Shown: piece after piece, positions 29,791-37,694 of the stretch
How the letters are laid out: every line of letters starts with the position of its first letter
Numbering within the stretch: position 1 is the stretch's first letter
Assembly: GCA_047947115.1 (NCBI GenBank)
Contig: CP170459.1
Span: 5,183,641 to 5,247,640 of the forward strand
Source: Verrucomicrobiota bacterium
GTDB taxonomy: Bacteria; Verrucomicrobiota; Verrucomicrobiia; Limisphaerales; AAA164-E04
Direction of reading: 5' to 3'
DNA: 64,000 nucleotides
The notes under the pieces: generated by a model
Told to the model about the DNA's origin: nothing
Databases searched by the model: none
What the model saw: only the letters and a program-made list of their open reading frames with translations
Translations under genes and position numbers: made by a program

Positions 29791-29852
29791 AACTCGAGCA
29801 GGAATTTGCGAAAGTACATACAAATCGTCAATGGAAACAAAAGTTAATCTGG

Positions 29853-30314
29853 ATGCTCGTGGGTTGGGTTTTGCTACTTTTTGTTGAGCAGTTGGGAAGA
29901 ATAGCGATTGGCGCTGGTTTCGCTGGCCTTTACCTCAATTGGAATGTCACCACAGCCAGTTTTGCTGCCGCAGCAGCAAATATTGCAATCTGGACTATCG
30001 GTATTGGGGCACTTTTGTGGATAGCAAAGAATCCTCGTAAGCCATTATTGTCCAGGCACGAAAAGCAGGGAACCATTCCACTGAAATCGTGGATTTTGTT
30101 GGCGATAATTGCCTATGCACTTGTTTTTCTGGGCTCGTTCTTGATCATGAACATTGGCCAACACTATTTCGGCGACGCGTTAATTGGAGAAATGTACTTT
30201 TACTACGGATTTACAAAAACCTTTGGTCCACTCTTTATCACGATCATATGCGTTCTGGGCATCGGGATACTTAAAAAATCGAGCGAGCCTGCTGTCAGAA
30301 ATGGTTACCGCTAA
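29853..30314 (+). CDS. small hypothetical membrane protein (about 4 TM)
   Basis: ORF 29664..30314. The first 63 codons overlap the ABC stump in antisense, so the start is placed at MLVGWVLLLFVEQ (29853). Four hydrophobic helices. No recognisable family. Confidence 0.4.
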   Translation: MLVGWVLLLFVEQLGRIAIGAGFAGLYLNWNVTTASFAAAAANIAIWTIGIGALLWIAKNPRKPLLSRHEKQGTIPLKSWILLAIIAYALVFLGSFLIMNIGQHYFGDALIGEMYFYYGFTKTFGPLFITIICVLGIGILKKSSEPAVRNGYR

Positions 30315-30392
30315 AAGCTCCTTAAAAAAGCCAAACAAGCACAAGAATTCTGACACTTGCGCTGTAACTGTTAAACTCGTTAAATGTCTCGG

Positions 30393-30539
30393 ATGAACGG
30401 GGCACTCAGAGTCCAGTTAACAAAGCAGGAAAAGCAACTGATTCAAGCAGCTGCCGAAAAAGTTGGAGAATCTTTAACAGAATTCATCCATGAGGCGGCT
30501 CTGGACCGTTGCACAAAAGAAGCGGCTTACCAATTTTGA
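30393..30539 (+). CDS. short ribbon-helix-helix protein resembling the N-terminal half of DUF1778/TacA-type antitoxins (orphan)
   Basis: 48-aa ORF below the track cutoff: MNGALRVQLTKQEKQLIQAAAEKVGESLTEFIHEAALDRCTKEAAYQF. The pattern l.lRl...ek.lI..AA...G.SlteFi..aAl..a matches RHH antitoxins. No GNAT or other toxin ORF follows. Confidence 0.45.
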   Translation: MNGALRVQLTKQEKQLIQAAAEKVGESLTEFIHEAALDRCTKEAAYQF

Positions 30540-30968
30540 GGCGATCGACTCAGCTCCATACAGGACACCTCGAAATGGTGATATCCGAAGAGCCATGAGA
30601 AGAAACCTCACGAAATGATCCAGAAATTTCTCCCCCCAGACCTTTGTTACCAGTCTACGTGATTACATGATTCACGTTCGAAGCCAGAAATTGGTGAAGC
30701 AACTTTGGACTGCGGTGATCACGGCAACGCTCTGGATACGCCAGGGAAACGCTGTGGTTTTCTGAAATCAATGGCAATCCACCCCTCATTACGGAACCTC
30801 TTCACGTAAATGTCTATGTCTGTTTTTTTTTGAACACTGCATGAATATTCGGACCGAATCCAGAGCGGTGCTGCACACCGCACTACAAATGGCGCCTGAC
30901 TCATGCCAGTATTCTCGGGATCTGTTTGCCCCCCCAGTATCTTTATCCATTTTTTTTCAGATCCGTGA

Positions 30969-30997
30969 TTGACACCAACCCGGTTATTTGATTCATT
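30969..30997 (+). promoter_or_regulatory. candidate sigma70-type promoter for rplU-rpmA
   Basis: Perfect TTGACA at 30969-30974. After 17 nt comes a weak -10 (TTCATT, 30992-30997), about 33 nt before the rplU ATG. The weak -10 makes this tentative. Confidence 0.25.
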
Positions 30998-31029
30998 TCT
31001 CGTTCCTATTCAAGGGAGACAATTCGATT

Positions 31030-31341
31030 ATGTACGCGGTTTTAGAAACAGGTAGCAAGCAATACCGAGTGAAATCCGGCGACACGCTGGTGGTGGAAAG
31101 ATTGAATGTGGAAGCTGGACAAGCTGTCACGTTCGATAAGATTTTGATGGTCAACAACGATGGCGACCTGAAGATTGGCGCGCCCACGTTGGATTCGGCC
31201 AGCATCGTTGCCGACGTGCTGGAACACAAGCGCGGCCCCAAGGTGCTGAGCTTCAAGAAGCGTCGCCGTAAAGGTTACCAGAAGACAATCGGTCACCGTC
31301 AGGAACAGACCGTCGTCCGAATCAAGGAAATCAACGCATAA
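31030..31341 (+). CDS. rplU: 50S ribosomal protein L21
   Basis: ORF 30988..31341, with conserved start [18 protein letters not shown] at 31030. Confidence 0.93.
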   Translation: MYAVLETGSKQYRVKSGDTLVVERLNVEAGQAVTFDKILMVNNDGDLKIGAPTLDSASIVADVLEHKRGPKVLSFKKRRRKGYQKTIGHRQEQTVVRIKEINA

Positions 31342-31359
31342 GATAAAGAGGAATCGATC

Positions 31360-31614
31360 ATGGCACATAAGAAAGGACAAGGTAGTTCACGCAACGGTCG
31401 CGACAGTAACGCACAACGTCTTGGCGTCAAAAAGTTTGGCGGACAAGCTGTGCGTGCCGGCAACATCCTGATTCGTCAGCGCGGCAGCAAATTCGTCCCC
31501 GGCGTGAATGTCGGACAGGGACGTGACTGGACATTGTTTGCTTTGGAAGACGGCAAGGTTTTCTTCGACAAGAACAGCCGCCGCGTCAATGTGGAAGCCG
31601 TCGCTCAAAATTGA
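31360..31614 (+). CDS. rpmA: 50S ribosomal protein L27
   Basis: 84 aa, [29 protein letters not shown]. Confidence 0.95.
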   Translation: MAHKKGQGSSRNGRDSNAQRLGVKKFGGQAVRAGNILIRQRGSKFVPGVNVGQGRDWTLFALEDGKVFFDKNSRRVNVEAVAQN

Positions 31615-31659
31615 GGCGCGCGTCTAACCTGCAAATCAGACCACGATACAAACTTTCAC

Positions 31660-31687
31660 AAGGCGAGGCTAAGCCTCGCCTTTTTTC
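31660..31687 (+). terminator. rho-independent terminator after rpmA
   Basis: aaGGCGAGGCtaaGCCTCGCCtttttt: an 8-bp stem, 3-nt loop and T6. Confidence 0.85.
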
Positions 31688-31744
31688 GTCCAAAATAGCA
31701 CCTCTAATCGAGGTCTCCTCCTATTCAAACACTTACCGACATCC

Positions 31745-32932
31745 ATGTTTATTGATTCCGTAAAAATTCACGCTCGAGCCGGTCACGGCGGCAATGGATG
31801 TGTGGCTTTGCTCCGCGAAGCCTTTCGCCCAAAAGGTGGCCCATGCGGTGGTGACGGAGGCAAGGGTGGTGATATCGTGCTGGAAGCCAGTCATGATATC
31901 AACAACCTCATCGAACAATTTTACTCACCCCGTATCCACGCCAAGAACGGCATGCCCGGTCAAGGCAAAGGTAAAACCGGCAGGAGTGGCCCCAAAGTCA
32001 TCGTGAAAGTGCCTTGTGGCACGACCGTTTGGCGTATCAGGGATCCACATGCAAAGAGTATCGAACAGGCATACGACGCTTCGGATGAATCTGAGGATGA
32101 CAGTGAGGAATTGGATGATCAATATTCCCCTGACTTGGGCGGCCTGAAATCGGCTCACATCCGGCATCGAGGCAGCGAACGAGCGGTTGAGATTGACTTG
32201 GAAGAGGAGGATCCCGAGGAAGAACCGGAAGAATCCGAACCCATCAAGGAAATGATCGCCGACTTGACGGTGCATGGTCAGCAATTTCTGCTTTGCAAGG
32301 GCGGCAAAGGAGGTTTGGGAAACCAGCATTTCGCCAACTCCAAAAACCAGACCCCCCGATTTGCCCAGCCGGGCCAACCCGGTGATGAAGGGGAATTTCA
32401 ACTGGAATTGCGTATTCTGGCTGAGATTGGACTGGTGGGATATCCCAACGCCGGCAAATCCACTCTGCTGACCACCATATCCAAAGCGCGCCCCAAGATC
32501 GCCCCCTACCCTTTTACCACACTGCATCCGCAGATTGGCGTGATGGAGTTCGAGGATTACCACCGCATGACAGTGTGTGACATTCCGGGACTCATTGATG
32601 GCGCCCACCAGAACGTGGGATTGGGACATGCATTCCTGCGTCATATTCAACGTTGCAAAGCTTTGGTTCTCCTGATTGATATGGCTGGGACGGACAATCG
32701 AAAACCCTGGGACGATTTCAAGCAGCTTCGGAAAGAACTCGAACTTTACGATCCTGAAATGTTGGAAAAACCATTTGTTGTGGCAGCCAACAAAATGGAT
32801 ATGGAAGAAGCGGAAGAAAACTACAAAACCTTCCGCAAAAAAATACGAGGCGTCCAGGTCATCAAACTCGCCGCGGCTTTCGACGAAGGCGTACCCGAAC
32901 TAAAAAACCGCATGCGCGAACTGGGAGAGTAG
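31745..32932 (+). CDS. obg: GTPase Obg/CgtA with an acidic insertion in the Obg fold
   Basis: 395 aa with a Gly-rich Obg fold (GHGGNGCV, GGDGGKGG, KGGKGGLGN). G domain motifs are GYPNAGKST, DIPGLI and NKMD. An extra acidic segment of about 65-70 aa lies at residues ~100-170. Confidence 0.92.
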   Translation: MFIDSVKIHARAGHGGNGCVALLREAFRPKGGPCGGDGGKGGDIVLEASHDINNLIEQFYSPRIHAKNGMPGQGKGKTGRSGPKVIVKVPCGTTVWRIRDPHAKSIEQAYDASDESEDDSEELDDQYSPDLGGLKSAHIRHRGSERAVEIDLEEEDPEEEPEESEPIKEMIADLTVHGQQFLLCKGGKGGLGNQHFANSKNQTPRFAQPGQPGDEGEFQLELRILAEIGLVGYPNAGKSTLLTTISKARPKIAPYPFTTLHPQIGVMEFEDYHRMTVCDIPGLIDGAHQNVGLGHAFLRHIQRCKALVLLIDMAGTDNRKPWDDFKQLRKELELYDPEMLEKPFVVAANKMDMEEAEENYKTFRKKIRGVQVIKLAAAFDEGVPELKNRMRELGE

Positions 32933-32933
32933 A

Positions 32934-32989
32934 GAATTGAAAATAGCGAATAGTGAATGTTGAATTTACTATTTACCATTCTCAATTTA
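32934..32989. repeat. heptad satellite in both orientations (imperfect hairpin) between obg and the aldolase gene
   Basis: gaattga aaatagc gaatagt gaatgtt gaattta | ctattta ccattct caattta. The second half is roughly the reverse complement of the first. The track ATG at 32953 lies inside it. Confidence 0.8.
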
Positions 32990-33000
32990 CCTTTTCCAAC

Positions 33001-33759
33001 ATGTCATCCACTTTTCGATCCAAGCTTCAACAGGGTGAAACCTTGTTTGGCTCCATTGTTTCCATGCCCTGTGCGGCTTCGGCTGAAATCCTTGCTGATG
33101 TTGGTTATGACTGGCTTTTCATTGATACCGAACACGGACCGTTGGGGACCAACGAGCTGGCCACGATCATTCAGTCGGTGGATCATCGCATTCCTTGCGT
33201 TGTTCGGGTTACTACCGCTGAAGAGTCCCAAATCAAACGCGCTCTTGATCTCGGCGCTACGGGTATCATCGCCCCCCAGGTCAACACTGCGGAGCAGGCG
33301 GCGGCGGTCGTGAGTTACTGCCGATACGCACCCGAAGGCACACGTGGGGTGGGTATCGGGCGAGCGCACGGATATGGAACCAAATTCCAGTCCTATGTGG
33401 AGAAGGCCAACCAGGAAACGACGGTCATTGTTCAAATCGAACACATCGATGCAGTCCAAGCCGTTGAATCCATCGTACAGGTGCCTGGCATAGACGCCAT
33501 CCTGCTGGGTCCATACGATCTATCGGCCAGCCTCGGTAAAATGGGGAAAGTCGACGATCCGGAAGTCATGGCGGCCATCGACCGGGTCACCGAGGTTTGC
33601 CAAAAAGCAAAGCTGCCACTTGGCTACTTCGGAGTGAACGCAGAAGCAGTCCAAACATATAAAGAAAAAGGTTATACCCTGCTCGTCACAGGAACAGACA
33701 CGCTCTTCATGATCCAATCCGCAAAACGTACGTTAAAACAAATCAAGGGTGGAGTTTAA
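33001..33759 (+). CDS. HpcH/HpaI-family aldolase
   Basis: ORF 32953..33759, with the start moved to MSSTFRSKLQQGETLFG (33001). GYDWLFIDTEHGP, RV..... and GIIAPQVNTAEQA are typical of 2-keto-3-deoxy-acid aldolases of this family. Confidence 0.8.
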   Translation: MSSTFRSKLQQGETLFGSIVSMPCAASAEILADVGYDWLFIDTEHGPLGTNELATIIQSVDHRIPCVVRVTTAEESQIKRALDLGATGIIAPQVNTAEQAAAVVSYCRYAPEGTRGVGIGRAHGYGTKFQSYVEKANQETTVIVQIEHIDAVQAVESIVQVPGIDAILLGPYDLSASLGKMGKVDDPEVMAAIDRVTEVCQKAKLPLGYFGVNAEAVQTYKEKGYTLLVTGTDTLFMIQSAKRTLKQIKGGV

Positions 33760-33773
33760 GATTGGTAAAATTC

Positions 33774-33980
33774 GGGTAGATCGTGCCGTCCCTGGCGCGT
33801 CCCTTGTGGGATCCAATCCGCAATCAACTTCCGTTTGGGAAAGCCTGAGGTTCCCGATAGTCTGTTACTTTCGCAGCAGGCCGATATGGCTGGCGCGATG
33901 GCTCCGCGTCAGGGTTTCCATCGGATGGCATTCCTGACCAGGCAAGCCATAAGGGGCGGATCGGGACGATCAGATCTACC
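33774..33980 (+). repeat. 207-bp intergenic element, copy A
   Basis: gggtagatcgtgccgtccctggcgcg...ggatcgggacgatcagatctacc. Terminal inverted repeats. About 93% identical to copy B with no indels (manual alignment). The strand given is that of the alignment, and the functional strand is unknown. Confidence 0.9.
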
Positions 33981-34043
33981 CGCACGACATCCTCGTCACG
34001 AGGACCATCCAGAACATCCTGTTAATCCTGTCAAAAACAAACC

Positions 34044-35909
34044 TCAAGGATTCAAATCTTCATTCAACTTCTCAAGCAGGCGCGGCACATAGCCTCCAAA
34101 CCGCCCAAGTTGTTTAGGGCTCGTATCCGGCAATGCCTTGATTTCTTCACGCACACCGACGGCCTTATCACCAAGCATCTGCAGGGCATTGAGGTTGTAC
34201 ATGGCTGAAAACACACCATCTTCCACCATATTGGAACCATCGATCAAGGTCCTCAAAACAGCATCCAAATTTCGATCGGTAAAGGTTCCGAGTGCTTCCC
34301 CTGCTATGGCACGCACGTAAGGAGAGTCATCTTTCAATGCCAGCAGCAGTTCATTTTCATGAGAACGAACAACCTCTATGCCGCGAATAAGAAAACCCAA
34401 AGCGCCCCAAAAACGCACGGCGCTGTCCTCCGATCTCAACGCATCCAACAAGTCGGGAATCGATTCCGCATCACGCCCGGCGGCGATCTGCGCGATTTGG
34501 AAGACTGATTCCAGATCGTATGCCTCATTGTTATGCCCCATTTCATAGGGAGTCGATCCCTCGGCTCGATGATGAATTTCACCTTCCGGTAGAAAGCCCA
34601 GATCACGGGTTTCCAGCACCCAATCCTGATGAACCTGGCGAAATCGATTCAGCACGGCGCGATGGGAAGGAGATTCGGCCAGGTTCTTGACCTCATCCGG
34701 ATCATACTCCAGATCATAAAGTTCCTCGACGGGTTTTTGTTTCCAGAAATAGGTCATCGGTGCTTTCAACTGTCCGGCATCATACATTTTCTTCCAGACC
34801 TGTGTGGTGGGGGTCTGAAACATGTATTGGATGTATTGACCATAGATGCGGTGCGGCATGTAGTGCCGGATATAAACATACCTTTTATCCCGAACCGATC
34901 GCACCAGATCGTAACGCTCGTCCATACGCCCTCGGAATCCAAATTGATATTTCACCGGATCCGTTTCGTATTTTCCCATAAAGGCGTGTCCTTGCATATG
35001 CTGGGGCGGTTTGATGCCCACAATACTCAACAAGGTGGGTGCCAGATCAATAAATCCGACCAGTCGATCCGTCTCGCCACCCATGGTGTAATCATCCGGT
35101 GCCAGTTGTTTGAACTTCTCAGGCACATGCACGATGAGGGGCACGCTCAAGCCGGAGTTATAGGGCCAACGCTTGCTGCGAGGCATGCCGGAACCGTGGT
35201 CACCGTAGTAAAAAACAATGGTGTCATCCGCCAAACCAGCCTCTTCGATTTCACGCAGGTATTGCCCGGCGGTAGCATCCATTTCAGATAGCTTATCATG
35301 ATATTGAGCCCAGTCCTGCCGCACTTCGGGGGTATCCGGATGATAGGCCGGCACGCGCACTTTGTCCGGATCATGAACGGCTTGATGCGGGCGCTTCCTG
35401 ATCTGGCTTTCGTGACTCGTGGTGATGTTGAAAATCGCAAAAAACGGCTGCCCTTGTGCCCGGTTTTTCCAATGGGCATCACGGGAAGATTCATCCCATA
35501 CCTTTTCGACAGGTTTGGCGACATTGTAGTCTTCCTTACTGTTGTTCGTGCAGTAATACCCTGCTGCTTTCAGGTATTGCGGATACATTTTCATGAATTC
35601 CGGCATGTTCACCATGCTACGCATGTGTTGACCACCGGTGGCAGGTGGATAAACGCCTGAAATAATCGTGGTTCGCGCAGGAGCGCAAACGGGGGCGGTC
35701 GACCAGGCATTGCGATAAATCAAACCTTTGGCGGCAAGCCCATCCAGGTTGGGTGTCGTCGCGTAATCATCTCCATAACAGCCCAGGTGTGGTCCGTTGT
35801 CCTCACTGGTGATCCAGAGAATGTTCGGCTTATCAGCGCCCCACATGGAAGCAACCAAACCAAAGCAAATCACTGCCCAAACGCATCGTTGGAAAGAATT
35901 GGAAACCAT
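34044..35909 (-). CDS. Cys-type sulfatase (arylsulfatase A family) with C-terminal HEAT-repeat domain
   Basis: 621 aa with a signal peptide, NILWITSEDNGPHLGCYGD, and the formylglycine motif CAPARTTIISG. The C-terminal ~150 aa carry HEAT-like repeats (DSAVRFWGALGF, DSPYVRAIAGEALG). Confidence 0.88.
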   Translation of the reverse strand: MVSNSFQRCVWAVICFGLVASMWGADKPNILWITSEDNGPHLGCYGDDYATTPNLDGLAAKGLIYRNAWSTAPVCAPARTTIISGVYPPATGGQHMRSMVNMPEFMKMYPQYLKAAGYYCTNNSKEDYNVAKPVEKVWDESSRDAHWKNRAQGQPFFAIFNITTSHESQIRKRPHQAVHDPDKVRVPAYHPDTPEVRQDWAQYHDKLSEMDATAGQYLREIEEAGLADDTIVFYYGDHGSGMPRSKRWPYNSGLSVPLIVHVPEKFKQLAPDDYTMGGETDRLVGFIDLAPTLLSIVGIKPPQHMQGHAFMGKYETDPVKYQFGFRGRMDERYDLVRSVRDKRYVYIRHYMPHRIYGQYIQYMFQTPTTQVWKKMYDAGQLKAPMTYFWKQKPVEELYDLEYDPDEVKNLAESPSHRAVLNRFRQVHQDWVLETRDLGFLPEGEIHHRAEGSTPYEMGHNNEAYDLESVFQIAQIAAGRDAESIPDLLDALRSEDSAVRFWGALGFLIRGIEVVRSHENELLLALKDDSPYVRAIAGEALGTFTDRNLDAVLRTLIDGSNMVEDGVFSAMYNLNALQMLGDKAVGVREEIKALPDTSPKQLGRFGGYVPRLLEKLNEDLNP

Positions 35910-35956
35910 GAGGACTTTGTATCAAGGTCCCCTCTTTTTGAAAAGCCCAACGTTTT

Positions 35957-35991
35957 GAATGGTGAATTTAAAATGGTAAATGGTGAATTGG
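35957..35991. repeat. heptad satellite, 5 units
   Basis: gaatggt gaattta aaatggt aaatggt gaattgg, 22 nt before element copy B and 48 nt upstream of the sulfatase start. Confidence 0.8.
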
Positions 35992-36013
35992 CATCCACTT
36001 CGCTGACGCTCGT

Positions 36014-36220
36014 GGGTAGATCGTGCCGTCCCTGGCGCGTTCCTTCTGGGATCCAATCCAAAATCAACTTCCGTTTGGGAAAGCCTGAGGTTCTCGATAG
36101 CCTGCTACTTTCGCAGCAAGCCTATATGGCTGGCGCGATGCCTCCGCGTCAGGGTTTCCATCCTATGGCATTCCTGACCAGGCAAGCCATAAGGTGCGGA
36201 TCGGGACGATCAGCTCTACC
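36014..36220 (+). repeat. 207-bp intergenic element, copy B
   Basis: Same length and orientation as copy A, with about 14 mismatches. It ends 7 nt before the stop codon of the gene at 36228 and starts 104 nt from the sulfatase ATG. Confidence 0.9.
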
Positions 36221-36227
36221 TGTTGAT

Positions 36228-37691
36228 TTAAAGATTACCCGCTTTTTCTCCGTGGGGCAGTGTATCTGGAATCACATAGACGCCTGTCGTGGTCTTGAGT
36301 GGAAGTGGAACTTTGTCGTCCTTAAAGGTGAATTCCAACACAAAAGCACGCCAACCCTTTTCAGGGCCTTCGACTTTCACTTCATAGGTCAGGCCTGTAG
36401 CATCACTGGCTTTGACTTCTTTAGCCTTCCATGAGCGACCAATCGTATCGACACGAAAATCACGGGCATCCGGATTATCGGCTACCCATACTTTGACTGC
36501 TTTAGGACGCATCCCTTTGGCGGATGCGATCAAGTGGCCGGGTGAAGGTGACCCCCAGGCAATTTCCGGAATAGTGACGCCGTGGATCACTGAAAAATAA
36601 CCTGCCATGAGCGTTTCCCAGGCATCTGTTTCCCGTAGACTATGTTCCCCGTTGGGCACATATCGAAGGTTTTTGGGGCCTTCCAGCTCATCAAAATAAA
36701 ACCGCCAGGAATCCGGCAGAAAGAACTGATCGCCGCAGGCATTAATGATGAACTTGGGCATCTCGGTCAGGCGATCGCGATACTCATAAGGTTCGACAAT
36801 TTTCATGAGGTTTTTGTACTCCGGCGAATCCTGCCATTCCATGATGCCCATGGATTCGTAGTTTCCAACAGCAGGAGCGTAAAAACCATAAGCTGAAAAA
36901 TGATGCTTGAAGGATGGAATCACGTTCAACATATCGATCACAATGGGGAAGATTGCCCGCACTCGACGATCCACAGCGCCGGTCGTCCAAGTGGTCCAAC
37001 CCCGCTTCGAGCCACCGGCAACGACGAATTGCTTCACATCCAGCCTTCCACCAGCTTCGGAGGCGCAAAAATCGCTCACTGTGTCCATGGCGCGCACTGC
37101 CGCCTTGGTCATGGGCAGCCGCGCGGGCCATTTTTCATCACCCGTTCGCAGATACTTGTCCCAGGTGTAGGCGATCATGGCATCCTCGACGCGTTCTTCT
37201 CCGTCGCCGGCAAACACCAACGGCTGATTGGGCACCATTTTCAATTCGGTCACCACCGATCCGGTCGCTTGAGCAACCTGTACCAATCGCTCATCGGCTT
37301 CATTCGGAGCGCCGCTTTTGTTGCTGCCGCCACCAATCAAAAGCAAAGAAGAATCGGACACCACCTTGGGCGGTACCACCACAATCATCCAATGTTTCCA
37401 GATGGGACGATCGACCTCAGCCTCGGTCAACCATTTCTGGGAGGTCATTTCCAACACGTGCACATTGGATTGATCCGATTTGAAAGTCTTGACCAATTGA
37501 TAGCCGTAGTGTGGATCATCCGTGTAAACATACCGATCCAGCGCCGTGCCGTTCGGAACCCGGGCATTGGGATTAGCGGCGGACACATCCGGCCTCAGGC
37601 TGGAAACTCCTAGAGCAAACATCACGGAAAGGAAATGATAACGATTCAGATTCAATTTCATGTCTGGTAATTGGAATAAATAACGTGGCAT
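36228..37691 (-). CDS. PhoPQ-activated pathogenicity-related (PqaA-type) family protein, secreted hydrolase-like
   Basis: 487 aa with a signal peptide. LDRYVYTDDPHYGYQLV..VLEMTSQKWLTEAEVDRPIWKHWMIVVVP resembles the PhoPQ_related family. The start could be the internal MKLNLNRY (37661). Confidence 0.55.
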   Translation of the reverse strand: MPRYLFQLPDMKLNLNRYHFLSVMFALGVSSLRPDVSAANPNARVPNGTALDRYVYTDDPHYGYQLVKTFKSDQSNVHVLEMTSQKWLTEAEVDRPIWKHWMIVVVPPKVVSDSSLLLIGGGSNKSGAPNEADERLVQVAQATGSVVTELKMVPNQPLVFAGDGEERVEDAMIAYTWDKYLRTGDEKWPARLPMTKAAVRAMDTVSDFCASEAGGRLDVKQFVVAGGSKRGWTTWTTGAVDRRVRAIFPIVIDMLNVIPSFKHHFSAYGFYAPAVGNYESMGIMEWQDSPEYKNLMKIVEPYEYRDRLTEMPKFIINACGDQFFLPDSWRFYFDELEGPKNLRYVPNGEHSLRETDAWETLMAGYFSVIHGVTIPEIAWGSPSPGHLIASAKGMRPKAVKVWVADNPDARDFRVDTIGRSWKAKEVKASDATGLTYEVKVEGPEKGWRAFVLEFTFKDDKVPLPLKTTTGVYVIPDTLPHGEKAGNL

Positions 37692-37694
37692 TCA

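Noticed and set aside
29664-29852. N-terminal 63 codons of the track ORF 29664..30314.
   Set aside because: This part is non-hydrophobic, Ser/Arg-rich, and exactly antisense to the ABC-ATPase stump. The membrane-protein-like sequence begins at the Met at 29853.
30393-30960. Complete type II toxin-antitoxin module.
   Set aside because: Only the short RHH ORF is present. All three forward frames downstream are broken by stops within 15-32 codons, and no GNAT, PIN, RelE or similar motif is visible.
33793-33808. Sigma-54-like sequence TGGCGCGTCCCTTGTG inside the 207-bp element.
   Set aside because: The -12 element is TTGT instead of TTGC in copy A and is lost in copies B (TTCT) and C. There is no + strand gene downstream of any copy.
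33774-36220. Composite transposon carrying the sulfatase.
   Set aside because: The flanking 207-bp units encode no transposase. No IS-like ORF lies in the window, and no target-site duplication flanks the units. Kept only as a recombination-cassette hypothesis.
35787-36434. 215-aa + strand ORF spanning the sulfatase start, the heptad satellite and element copy B. The related ORF 33835..34092 lies over copy A.
   Set aside because: It runs antisense across two real genes and a repeat. In the shared frame the A/B differences are mostly non-synonymous (P/L, D/Y, A/P, R/P, G/C, D/A), so there is no sign of purifying selection for a peptide.
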